A stretch of DNA of 64,000 nucleotides from NCBI GenBank assembly GCA_010405405.1, contig MU004234.1, positions 354,993 to 418,992 on the forward strand, in the 5' to 3' direction. Positions 1 to 10,663 of this stretch are shown piece by piece. Position 1 is the stretch's first letter. Each line of letters begins with the position of its first letter. The notes beneath the pieces were generated by a model. The model was not told the origin of the DNA, searched no databases, and saw only the letters and a list, made by a program, of their open reading frames with translations. Position numbers and translations under genes: made by a program. Source of the stretch: Microthyrium microscopicum. Its lineage: Eukaryota.

Positions 1-489
1 CGCTTCACACCAGGCACAACAGACAACTTCGTCTCCAACGAAGTCATCGCCAAAGACATAACCGCCTCTCAAATATGGCCTCTCCTCGCCGACATAAGCC
101 GATGGGAGAGTTACTACTCCAACTGCTCACAAATCACGCCTCCATCCTCCGGTCCAATGCTTGAACAGGGTGAGAAGTTCAAGTTTTCGACATTTGGTTT
201 GCCGCCAATGGAATGTTCTGTGGAGGAATCTGTTGAGCCGTCGTCGAGTCAGGCGGGGCGATTGGCGTGGCGGGCAAAGTTGGATGGTAATGAGGATGAG
301 AAGCTTGATGTGTATCATGCGTGGCTCGTGGAGGACTTGGATGGTGGAAGGGTGAGGATTTTGACGCAGGAGAGTCAGATTGGGAAACAGGCGGCTGATA
401 TGGCAAAAAAGAGGCCGAATCCGATGTTGAATGGGCATCAGGAGTGGTTGGATGGGCTTGTTGAGACTGGGAAAAAATCCAAAACCTAG
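1..489 (+). CDS. SRPBCC/START-like (polyketide cyclase-like) protein, 5'-truncated by the window edge
   Basis: Frame 1 is open from base 1: RFTPGTTDNFVSNEVIAKDITASQIWPLLADISRWESYY...RLAWR...DVYHAWLVEDLDGGRVRILTQESQIG...RPNPMLNGHQEWLDGLV*. These motifs match a bacterial-type SRPBCC family from memory; no intron visible. Confidence 0.8.
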   Translation, partial: RFTPGTTDNFVSNEVIAKDITASQIWPLLADISRWESYYSNCSQITPPSSGPMLEQGEKFKFSTFGLPPMECSVEESVEPSSSQAGRLAWRAKLDGNEDEKLDVYHAWLVEDLDGGRVRILTQESQIGKQAADMAKKRPNPMLNGHQEWLDGLVETGKKSKT

Positions 490-586
490 GATACGAGGAC
501 TGGCTTGAAAGACCACGGACCATATTCTTGCAGGTAATTGATTGAGCTGCTATGCCGTTATTCGTCGGCGAACTTTAGGCATACTC

Positions 587-1479
587 TCATTCCTTCAACT
601 GTACTGATAAGACATCAGTCAATGTTTCTCCATCGTGTTCTAGGTGTAGCTGTGCCTGTCCATTCTGGCCGGTGGTGAAAGTGAAATGAGCCACGGTACA
701 TATAGCGCCTGAAGCAAGGGCCTTCGTAAAATCCTGTGGGAGAGCCTGGTAAAGTGTTGGCGACTCGGCTCGCGTGGAGATCACCTCGTTCCAAGCGAGC
801 AGGAGCTGCTCCTGTGCCAATGTCATAGATGTGGCCCAAGTTGTAAACACCTTAAGTCTACGCATACTTGCATACAAGACCAGTTGACGAATGCTCTGCC
901 ACATTTCCGCCGAAAAGGGGACAATATCTGACCATTGGACGTCACTCAACAAGTCCCCGTATCGCTTCAACGTGATACATGGCTCGCTGAAGGTAAAGCG
1001 ATTCTGACTGTACAGCACGTAAGTAGCTTCCTGATGAATCGTCTTGCTTGTCTGTAGAAAATTTATTCCGCCGAACGTGCAGAAGCCTGAGGAGTTGAGA
1101 TAGCAGATTTTGCTGGTCGTAAACAAATAGCGATAGATCATATTTCGAATCTCGGCAGGAAGCTTCATGAAGGGGAATGGCTTTTGCTTTTGCTCGCTGT
1201 CATTTCTGTCCTTGTTGTCGTCCTTCGGGAGGTCTGAATCGTGCTCCTCATTTTCGGATGAGAGCGTCATAGCTGGAGCCATTTTCGCTGAGGCCCGAAT
1301 TGTGGAAACTGGAACTTATTAGTGTGAAGTCAACGTATTGAGGAGCCTGCCAACGAGAACTTACCGCAATTTGTGTTGATAGTAGCGTCCGAGATATCAG
1401 TTTGCGAGAGCATAGGTTCGGAGCGAGGTGTCGTAGATATGAGAGAGTCGAGGTTCGGTAAATGCTGCACGGGAACCAT
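587..1479 (-). CDS. F-box-like domain protein (paralogue 1)
   Basis: PFPFMKLPAEIRNMIYRYLF F-box-like motif, then FLQTSKTIHQEATYVLYSQNRFTF. Probable short first exon 1479-1365 with a GTAAG..AAG intron (1364-1315) splicing in frame to ORF 587-1282. Confidence 0.75.
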
Positions 1480-2138
1480 GTACCTAGTCAAGACAGGTAT
1501 GCAAGTTCATGCGCTGGAGCAGTAGAGGGTGAAATATTGTCAGGTTTAGTTTGAGAATTTGATTTCTGGGTAGAGGGCGAGAGGGCGAAGTCACTTGGTC
1601 AGGCAGCTAAATATTGAGCACGTCCAGTAGCTTTAATTGAGAAGTAACAGCCGGGACACAGGTGTGCATTGCCTAAATGAGCAAGTGAGGTTGGGCTGGG
1701 TCAAAACATTTTGATGGCAGTCGCGATGGAAGCGTCACTGGGCTATTGTAAGACAACACAGCTGCTAAAACAATACAACATAGAAGCATTGGGTTGATTT
1801 CCAACGCATAAAAAACGGTTTTTGTGTTCTAGTTTAAAGAAAATGCAATATGGTTGTTATGAAGGTATTGTTAAGCAGTACCGCCACATCTCTGCCATTA
1901 TCGCCATTCCGTCGCTCATATTTCTCTTAAAGAGTGAGCCGAGTAGTTCTAGCGGTTTATACCTCAAGATAAAAAATGCGCGATAGATCACCTACGGCCT
2001 AATAGCTCAGCCGCGGTCACTAAAGAGACGCAAGTGTCGCCACCAGTCTCAGCAACGGTTCTTGATCCAATCTTTTGAGTAGCCTAAGCACTGTCAAAAT
2101 GCTGTGCTTCGATCCTTGTACGCCATGACATTAGTGAG

Positions 2139-3023
2139 CTATCTGTCTGGCCACAGTTGCTTGACCAATACCGAACTCAGTGATTCATCACTCTTCTCTA
2201 TGTACATTTTGGCCAGTCTTCGAGGAGCGGTGGTAAGGACAAAATGGATTTCGCCCGAAGGTGTGCTTAGGTTTGTAGTCGTCAGCATATCTCGGGGAAG
2301 TTCTAAGCAAGGCGTCGGATCCTTGGCTAGAAGGCGGATCATCTCGTTCCAAGTTTGAAGAAGTTGTTGTTTTGTGACTTCCCACATGAAGGCTTCGTCA
2401 AGATAGAAGTGGATTTGGATATGGCGTACGTTTGGAAGTAACAGAAGATAGCTGATGTTTCGCCAATTTCCTTCTTGTACAAGGCCGTGATCCATTTGGT
2501 AAATCGATTTCATCAAATTCCCATATCGAAGAAGAGTTGGGCAGGGAGCGAGGTGGCGATAATGGAAGTGGAACGTGTTCTCGCCGTATAGGACGTAGCT
2601 GGCCTCGTTGTGGATTGTCTTGCTTGTCTGCAGGAACTGAATGCAAGAGCCAAGTTCGCTGCGGCGGTGGATTCTACGGCGCTGTTTTCCGTAGTCGTAT
2701 TTATGACCGCAGCAGTCACATTCCTTGGAAGGATCCACAAATAACTCTCGATAGATCATCATTCGCGTTTCTCCAGGCAGCTCCATCAATGGGAAAGGCC
2801 CTTGATGTCGTCAGCAACTTATTTCCGAAGAGTGTGGTTAGAATGCCAGAGAGGGAGTCTTACCACCTGGTAGGTTCAGAGAAACAGGCTCTGGAGTGTG
2901 CTTAATAAGACCATCAAAGCTGTCATAGCTGTTATCGCTATCGTACATTAGGAAGCTTGATTCGGCGAAGTCGCTCGAATCATCGCTCGCATTGCTTAAG
3001 AGCAAGTTATCTTCAGTTGCCAT
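2139..3023 (-). CDS. F-box-like domain protein (paralogue 2), 2 exons
   Basis: Exon 1 MATEDNLL...NLPG (3023-2864); 63-nt intron 2863-2801 (GTAAG...GCTGAC...AAG); exon 2 GPFPLMELPGETRMMIYRELF...FLQTSKTIHNEASYVLYGENTFHF. TATATAAAT on the minus strand near 3195. Confidence 0.8.
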
Positions 3024-3887
3024 TTTGACAAAGTTGGAATCAATATGAGATTGCGTGGTGAGTATAAGTTCAAAATCGAGAATTGTGGATGCGAGGCAAT
3101 GGGTGTCGTGAATCGAGGCAATGGGTGTCGTGGAATCGAGGAAGTGGTTATTGGGGATGTGATGGAGATGAGGTCTCTTGGACACTGCCAGAAATTTATA
3201 TACGCGCAATTGTGGACGCTCACGTGCTGCTGGCCCGCGAAAGAACGCCTTCACTCCTTCGTTACTACCTGTTCGATTATTTCTCGAATGAGGTGGAGGT
3301 GGCTTTTGTCGGTCTCGCGGTCACTGATATCAACCTAAAACTCGACGGAGGAGCGATTGTTGAGGTGCGAAAGGAGCCTTTACTAACCAAAAACAGGCAG
3401 ATATATACTCGTCACCTCGCCATGGCGTCTTGCCTATCTGAGATATATTCGAAACAGGCAAGTTAAAGTGTGGATGAACTCATGTGGATAGAAACATGTA
3501 CGTGCCTCAAGCGAAGCACCCGAAGGGCTTTGATGCTCCGCTATTTAAACACGTCCAGACTTGCCTAATTTAATTACTGTGAGTTTGAAATCTTCTGAAT
3601 TGTCATTCGCTGTGTTTGCTTCTAACGTGAGAGATTTCAAGGACAGTTTTTGTTGTCAAAGTTTGCAGTGTTAGTCAACGCTAGAATGTGGCAGTTTATA
3701 TGGTCAGGGCGTGTATTTTCCAATTAACTTCTGCTTTGCCAGCAAACTCTGTTGTCCTCTCTAGGTGTCGACTCTATTCTTTGATGCGGTAGACGATTTC
3801 CTTCCTTCGGATTTGAACAGAACACAAGAACATTGCTTTCGCTTGAACAAAAGCGTGCTAATTGTCCCTATCCCTTGCGCCAGCCTA

Positions 3888-4319
3888 CTAACTCCCAATA
3901 GAGTACTGCTCTCGTATAACCCGGAAGATCTCAGTAGGTGTCCTGGCCTCCTTCAAGAGCAGAGCTTCCACTTTCTCAATCGTCGAGTACATGAACTTTC
4001 TCAAATTTCTTATCTCCATCTCATCATTCTCCCATGCTTTCATGGCGACCGTATATTCCCTCCATTCTTGATCCTTGTTCATGCGATCTACATGGCACCA
4101 ATAGATGGCATCTGGGGTGGGCTCAGGGGGAATAGGAGCCAGTGGAGCTTTTGGTTTTGAAGCATTGTGGACGTGGACTGGGTCTTGAGGAGCGTCGGTG
4201 GCTTGATGTTGGGAAAGGTCGATGTGCCGCTCAGTCTGACTGATGTGAAGATAAACCCTCAGCTGGCTGACCCACTCGCTCCAGTTTCCTTTTAGGACGA
4301 CGAGTCTACGTTCATTCAT
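3888..4319 (-). CDS. Small copia Gag N-terminal-like protein (copy 1, intact)
   Basis: MNERRLVVLKGNWSEWVSQLRVYLHI...P-rich linker...WREY...WENDEMEIRNLRKFMYSTI...TPTEIFRVIREQY. Aligns with copies at 7243, 7997 and 9495; the pattern resembles the N-terminus of fungal Ty1/copia Gag. Confidence 0.65.
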   Translation of the reverse strand: MNERRLVVLKGNWSEWVSQLRVYLHISQTERHIDLSQHQATDAPQDPVHVHNASKPKAPLAPIPPEPTPDAIYWCHVDRMNKDQEWREYTVAMKAWENDEMEIRNLRKFMYSTIEKVEALLLKEARTPTEIFRVIREQYSIGS

Positions 4320-5049
4320 CGTATTGGAGGTTTGAGATGTTTTCTTAGTCGAGTACTGCAATGGTTATGAGTAATGTTTCATTGTTTTGGCTGCTGGGTC
4401 TCATCTCTCCCTTAAATGCAGAATCTCGGCTCCGACTCCTAACTCCTTTCATGTGTTGTTGATTTGCCCATTCTCATTCTACCCGGGTCTTGTTGTTTGC
4501 TCCTCCAAAAGAAGCAACTCTTGACATTTCTGAAGATATGTTTGTCTTCAGCGTTCGTAGAGCTGTTACGGTGTGTCAAGAGAATATGGTCAAGGATGTC
4601 AATGCCACTGACCGACCGTTAGCTAAACATAGCATTTTAACTAGCGAATTGCTCCTTGGAGGCTTTAATAATTTAGCTTGTAGGCAATAAGCAAGACCAT
4701 TGTACTCTGATCATTTTCGCTGTCTGCAATAACACTTCATGAAGTAAGGCGGCTTTGATTTCCATCGCAATCAATTTTCTGCGGAATCATTTACGCGTTC
4801 GATGGTGAACCCAGCACTCGACATGCTTTGTAGCAGGTGGTAGACATCGTGGTCTATGGCAATGTTCGCACTGAACGATTAATCATTTTGAGGGTGTATT
4901 TTCTACATTTTGGTATAATACACATATCGGAGAAAGTTGTAAAGATCAACTTTTAGACTGGAACTAGATAAGTGCAGAACATACAAAACCATGGACCATG
5001 CTAGCTGAATCGACTTGCAGACTCTCATACCCATTTTCCTCTTTGTGCC

Positions 5050-6105
5050 TTAATAATCCTGTTCCTGGCTCTCTCGATATTTTTTGCGGTCGTCACTGCT
5101 GAACTCCTTAGGAGTACGGTAACTGGCTCGAGCTCCCAGCTTGTCCTGAGGGTAGCGGTCGTAGTGTTGTTCTGCCCATTTGATGTGTGGACATAGTATT
5201 GTGAGATCCTCCAGTCCGTAGTAGGAGAGTGTCACCTTCGTGCCTCCCATTCGATCGGCCTCAAAGGTGAAGAGAAGGTGTCCATATCTCGAGGCGGTTG
5301 CTAGCTGGTCCACGAATTTCTGAGGAAAGTCCTGGCGTGATCTTGGTGCTTTCTGCAGCATGTAGATGATGGCATTCCAAGTAGGTCTCAACTTTGACTT
5401 GACCCATTTCTTTTCCCACGTTCCTCCGAAGTGAGGAAATTTGACTTCGAAGTGACGCACGTTGGGCAACAGTAAGAGAAGTTGAAGACTTGGCCAGGCG
5501 ACGTCCTGGGTACGAGCATTTAGGAAGTCGGGTGTGCGGACTTTCTTGATAAGCTTGTTGTAGCGATGGATTACCATGCAGTTATAGTGAAGCTCATTAT
5601 CGAAAAACATAGTATTGCGACCGTAAAGCACGCTGGAGGCTTCTTCGTGGATTTTCTTGCTGACCCGAAGAAATTGAATGGCGTACTTGAGCTTCCCATG
5701 CTTGTAGTTGCTGTCAAGAAAGTGAGTGCAACAGAAACACAACTTGTCTGTCACAAATAGCTCTTCGTAAACCAAATTACGAATTTCACCAGGCAGCTTC
5801 ATAAACGGGAATGGGCCGCCTGGTAGGCTCAATGGGAAAGGTTTAGGCACGCGCTTGATGCGTATGGGATTGCCTTCATCGTCAGTCGCCTCGCTATCGT
5901 CCGTCAAATCCTCCTCGGCTGTGCTGTCAACGGTGGATGTTTCCACAATCTCTGCATTGTCGGTTGAATCTTGGGCTTCCAGGTTGGAATTGGACGCGTG
6001 ATTGATGGAGGGAGTGTCCTTGACATCGCTCTCGACCTCGTTCTCATCTCTAGCTTGGAGATTGTCAGCCAGAATAAGCTCTTGGATTCTCTCAAGAGTG
6101 TCCAT
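5050..6105 (-). CDS. F-box-like domain protein (paralogue 3), intronless
   Basis: Likely start MDTLERIQ at 6105; acidic N-terminus; LPGGPFPFMKLPGEIRNLVYEELF; FLRVSKKIHEEASSVLYGRNTMFF; C-terminal blocks shared with paralogues 1 and 2 (RY..L, LLLLPNVRH, WN). Confidence 0.8.
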   Translation of the reverse strand: MDTLERIQELILADNLQARDENEVESDVKDTPSINHASNSNLEAQDSTDNAEIVETSTVDSTAEEDLTDDSEATDDEGNPIRIKRVPKPFPLSLPGGPFPFMKLPGEIRNLVYEELFVTDKLCFCCTHFLDSNYKHGKLKYAIQFLRVSKKIHEEASSVLYGRNTMFFDNELHYNCMVIHRYNKLIKKVRTPDFLNARTQDVAWPSLQLLLLLPNVRHFEVKFPHFGGTWEKKWVKSKLRPTWNAIIYMLQKAPRSRQDFPQKFVDQLATASRYGHLLFTFEADRMGGTKVTLSYYGLEDLTILCPHIKWAEQHYDRYPQDKLGARASYRTPKEFSSDDRKKYRESQEQDY

Positions 6106-7242
6106 GATCGTAATGGTGAAAATTACGATGGGAAGTTCGAGCTGCGAAGGGAAATAGGAACTGCCCTGGCGATGGTAGTCAAAGTAACGTCTTCTGTGAT
6201 GCGTTAGAACGCCAACGTTCCATACAACGTGAATCAGATTACCAAGCGCTGTGAGAGCAACAAAGTGAGGATGCTGATGTTGTTGAGGCTGGAGAGGTTG
6301 CAGAGGCAGAATAATTTTGACGTGATGGAGGAATTCAATTGTTACTGAGTGCGAGAGTGCGTAGAACATGAAGTCACACCAGTGCCTACCTGCCTGAGCT
6401 CCTTCCTCACTACTGATTAAACCCGGGTCGTTGTTTCCTAAACTAGCAGTGGCAACTTTCCCAGCTCGTCAGTCGCGACTTGCCACTCCAGCTCAGGAAG
6501 TAGCAACCATCAACCATCTCATGGGACAGGAAGCCACGAGGACTCAATCGATTTTGTCTTTTCCTCCTTGTCGCTGCTCTGTCCAGTAGAAGACAAAATG
6601 GATGCCACAATCTCCTGAGCTATGTTGGCTCCCAGAAGATACACTCCTCGATAGAGAATTGTATTAACCACCGAGTGTGTAGGCAGTTCGGTGAAACATC
6701 CATAACGATGGGAAGTATAGCATCTGTTATTTACAAGACTCGATGGCAGCTATCATTCTTCCTGAGGGGAGCAGCTGTTATACATCTTGATATCAGCTGT
6801 CTCTCTAGCAGGAACTTACTTAGATTCAAAGAAGAATCAGAATTATACGTTCCCAGATTTGAGACTTGGTTTGGTAGACTCAATCCTTGCGGAGTATGCA
6901 TTGATTCGTCGGACTGTACTGACAAGCATGGAATCTGATGGTTAATGATATTCAATGCGAACAGGTTCGAGCCAGTTATTCTGCCTAGCTGCTGGAAGTG
7001 TCGTGGGTACCAAGAGCACATCTGGCCATACCTCATCTGCCGGTACGGACCATCGTTATCTAGGTACTGCGACTTAGTATGCGCTTAAAGCCCAGGTATC
7101 TGCTCACAGGGCCACAACTGTTGTTTCTTTTATAATTCGAGATAGCCGTTTTCTCTTCTTTGGACTCTCTTCGACCCCGAGCCTCTCACTTGCAAGGCAT
7201 TGTCGTACTCACAACCCTTCAATATCTAGAACTCTAGAAATC

Positions 7243-7736
7243 ATGTTTAACCTGGCTCTTGGTCCTGTTCCTGCGTTCTTACCACTTATCCTCCTGGCAA
7301 ATGATGGACGCAACTGTTCTGAGTGGCATCGACAACTTCAACTCTACCTTCACATCAACAAGCTCAAAAAGTATATCCACCTATCAGCTCAAACAGCAGA
7401 TCACACGGATCCAATTGCTACTCACAACGCCTCGAAGCCTACAAAGCCTGCTCTTACCTAAGCGGGTTGTATGGTTATGATGCACATGAACAGATCCAGA
7501 TGACCGTCCTGCTGAGGTGGGAAGAATACAAAGCCGTTGTAAAGGAATGGGAACATGAGGAGGCAAAAATCCAGAAATTGACCGAATTATTATACACTTC
7601 TATCGATATTCAGCTCACAAAACTCCCTACATTTATGGAAGCAACTACACCCACCAAGATCTATATGCAGGCGTACGCTATTTCAAACCGTGAAAAAGGG
7701 GGCTCGGTGAGGGCAGTTGTCAAGGAAAAGAATTGA
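7243..7736 (+). pseudogene. Gag N-terminal-like paralogue (copy 2), frameshifted
   Basis: ORF 7243-7461 (LILL..NCSEWHRQLQLYLHINK..HNASKP) stops at TAA. Homology continues in another frame (WEEYKAVVKEWEHEEAKIQKLTELLYTSI..ATTPTKIY) to 7736. No convincing intron at the junction. Confidence 0.7.
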
Positions 7737-7996
7737 TGAGCTATTGCCCCTATAACTCGCGAAACTCTATTATGGCTTTCGTTCAGGATAGTTCTGCGGG
7801 TGCTAATGTCTAGTACTCGATTAGAGCCAAAAAAGTACGCCCATTAAGTTCGCCGAATTATATCTTCTGAAAAACGTTTTTGCTTCTGCTCTCAATTTTT
7901 TACCTCTCTCACCTCAAGGCTGTCGTATATCGTATATATATATAATATACCGAACACACTCACAGAGCTTCAAGACCTGGAGTCTTCAACACCACA

Positions 7997-8502
7997 ATGT
8001 CTCATATCACTCCCTTCTCTCCACTCATTCTCCTAGAAAACACCAACTACAATGAATGATATAGCCAGCTACGTCTCTACCCGCAAATCAACAAGGCTAG
8101 AAAATACATCCACTTGATTTCGACCGCGAAGATCCAGCCGATGACCCAGTCAACATCCACAACGCTTGGAAGCCGAAACCCCCAGTTCTAGACCGTCGCC
8201 TGTACACGTCGAGACACTGTACACGTTTGCAACTTGAAATGACACAAAGATGGAAGGAATACGAAGTTTCGATGAAGGGCCGGGAAGTTGTGGAAGTGAA
8301 GATCCAGAAATTGACCGAGTTTTTGTACGCCACTATCAACATCAGCTTGAGGAGGCAACTCTTAAAGAAGGAAGGATTGACACCCACTGAGATATGCCTG
8401 CAGGCCCGCGGGTCGGCAGCGGTCCTCGGTGTTGTCCAGGCGTACAGAGGATTCGATCAGAACGGGGCTTCGGTCAAAGCAATTGCTAAGGGAGGTACGT
8501 GA
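7997..8502 (+). pseudogene. Gag N-terminal-like paralogue (copy 3), nonsense mutation plus frameshift
   Basis: ATG 7997: MSHITPFSPLILLENTNYNE*YSQLRLYPQINKARKYIHL, with TGA at 8057-8059 replacing the conserved Trp. Frameshift near 8115, then DDPVNIHNAWKPKPP...WKEYEVSMK...KIQKLTEFLYATI...TPTEI. Confidence 0.75.
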
Positions 8503-9341
8503 TTTGTTCCAAGTGACCACGACTTGCGCCGTCTGCTACAGTTTTTTGTCACCTAAATCAGGGTTCCAGGATGGTTTCGATCTAGAAGGGGAATTTGAAT
8601 CACGTTATCGAAGCTAGAATCTTTCATATGGTATGATTGGCGAGAGCCATCGTCGTTGGTGCCAAAGTGCTGTCCGACGGCCTCAAGATAACTGCGCACT
8701 TCTGCACTATAGGTTGTCGATATTCGACAAATGCCAACATCAGCAGATCCAGAATAAATTCAGCTTACCATTCTCTCGTAGACATATGGAATTCACGATC
8801 ACATGGCTAAGAATAACTTTTCAATTACTGCGATTAATTCGCCAACGCCGTTGTTCAAACCGCAATGCCCATATTTGTCAGGAGTTATTTCGGGTAGTTA
8901 AAGAGAGCCAAAAGGACTGCCATAGGCTTTTTTAAGCCATATATCTAAGTCCCCTTGGAGTTGTGCATACTATTACCTAGTTGTACTGTCAAGTTCGTGG
9001 AAAAGTACCCGGATTTCTGCGACTTGTGCGCGTAGAGTAGCCGCTCATTTCTTTGTGTTGCCGTTGTAGTCAAGATGTTACTAGCAGTGCTTCGTCAGGG
9101 AGACAATTCGTTCGGCCTCAACTTCCTCCCGTAATCAAAAACGAGGTAGCAACTGTCCTAAGGATTCATTGTGACTGCCAGAACTACCTCCACAAGATTC
9201 GCACCTCGTTTATAACAGGCAGTGAGTACACAGGCGCGACCTCTGGAAATCTGTTTCTAGCAAGAGTGGCATAATGCCCACTATATAAATCAATCTCTAA
9301 TTCGCTGTCATTACTCCTCCTCCTCTTCACAACACCACCAA

Positions 9342-9492
9342 CCATCGAGTTATTTCCAAACCATCGAATTACTTCAAAGCTTTCGAACTACTTCCAAGCC
9401 ATCGAATCAATATCAAGCCGTCGAACCAATCCAGGCCATCGGGTCAGTTCCAATCCGCCGAATCAGTTGCAAATCATCGAATCATCTCCAAA
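9342..9492 (+). repeat. Degenerate tandem array, 8 x ~19 bp (approximate consensus CCATCGAATYANTTCCAAR), between TATA box and start codon
   Basis: Units start at 9342, 9361, 9380, 9399, 9418, 9436, 9455 and 9474; TATATAAA at 9282-9289; ATG at 9495. Confidence 0.85.
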
Positions 9493-9494
9493 CC

Positions 9495-9926
9495 ATGGCG
9501 GATACTGGCATCTTGCCACCGCTGGTAGTTCTACGGGGAAATTGGGACGATTGGTTGCACCAGCTAAAGCTCTACCTTCACATCAACAAAGCTAGACAGT
9601 TCATCAATCTTTCGACAATTAAAACCTACGCCCGAGACCCAATCCATGCTCACAAAGCCTCACAGCCAAAATGTCCAATCCTAGCTTCCTCTGGACCCAT
9701 CTCTGGTGAGGCAGACTTCAATGCCTTCCAGCTTGGTATGGTCCAGAAGTGGAAGCGATACGAGGTTGCTATGAAAGAATGGGAGAAGGATGAAGCAAAA
9801 ATCGAGAACCTGACAAAATTCCTCTACATGACTATCTGCAAAGACCTTCTGAGCTGTGACAAGTTCTTGGAGGCATCTACACCTACTGAAGTCTTTCTGT
9901 TAGCATGGGCCAAACGCAAATATTAG
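9495..9926 (+). CDS. Small copia Gag N-terminal-like protein (copy 4, intact, 143 aa)
   Basis: LVVLRGNWDDWLHQLKLYLHINKARQFINL...DPIHAHKASQPKCP...WKRYEVAMKEWEKDEAKIENLTKFLYMTI...ASTPTEVF; TATA box upstream and a good start context (AACCATGG). Confidence 0.7.
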   Translation: MADTGILPPLVVLRGNWDDWLHQLKLYLHINKARQFINLSTIKTYARDPIHAHKASQPKCPILASSGPISGEADFNAFQLGMVQKWKRYEVAMKEWEKDEAKIENLTKFLYMTICKDLLSCDKFLEASTPTEVFLLAWAKRKY

Positions 9927-10663
9927 TCACAAGGAGCGATAAGAAGCTTTCACCAATAATTGGTGCAGGGGACTTTTCGATTGTATCTAACAACCTTGAT
10001 TCAGCACTACGGGATAATGCCAGAAGCAAGTAGAAGAACAAATGAATCTGAACAAAACCTCATCATGCTACCTCGTGCTGCCTAACCTCTGCTCAAGAAT
10101 AATCTTGAAACTATATACGCGGTGTCCTCACTCAAATGATAACACTTTCCAACAGGTGAACACCCTCAGTTTAGAGCATTTCAAGTCACTGATCAGTTGT
10201 GAAATGGAAATGCCATATAACCATCAATTCAGTCGCCAAAATGGACATCGTACATGAGTCATGACTGCATACTTTGTTTTAACTACATGCGAATTCGATA
10301 TCATCTGCTGTGACTGTAATGTCAAACTCACGAGAATGGACTTTGAACTCCATATATTTACAGTGCAGTCCACTTTGTCTGCTTTGCATTCTCCTTCCTA
10401 GATCTTTTTCTTATCCATTACATTTTCTGGCTCAAGACTGATGCCCCTTTCCATTGCTGTGGAGGTTAATTTCCAATTCCTGTTGCCTTGAGTCTTGTTT
10501 ATTCCCGCCCTGGGAGACCGAACACCGAAGCCTGAAAAGGTCACAATACTGAGGCATATAAATGGTCAACTCGCTGTCTGAAATACTTGAGCCTATCTTT
10601 CACTATTTTGCTTGACATAATTTTCCCTCTACATTTGTTCCAGGATACAACATCATCTCAAGT

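Noticed and set aside
6106..6369. 88-aa N-terminal extension of F-box paralogue 3 in the ORF track
   Set aside because: Reads like 5' UTR; the paralogues start with a short acidic N-terminus, favouring the ATG at 6105.
7445..7470. Programmed ribosomal frameshift in Gag-like copy 2
   Set aside because: CTT ACC TAA is not a recognised slippery site and the intact paralogues are single-frame; a simple indel is more likely.
9342..9492. CRISPR-like array
   Set aside because: Units are directly adjacent with no unique spacers, no cas genes are present, and the context is eukaryotic.
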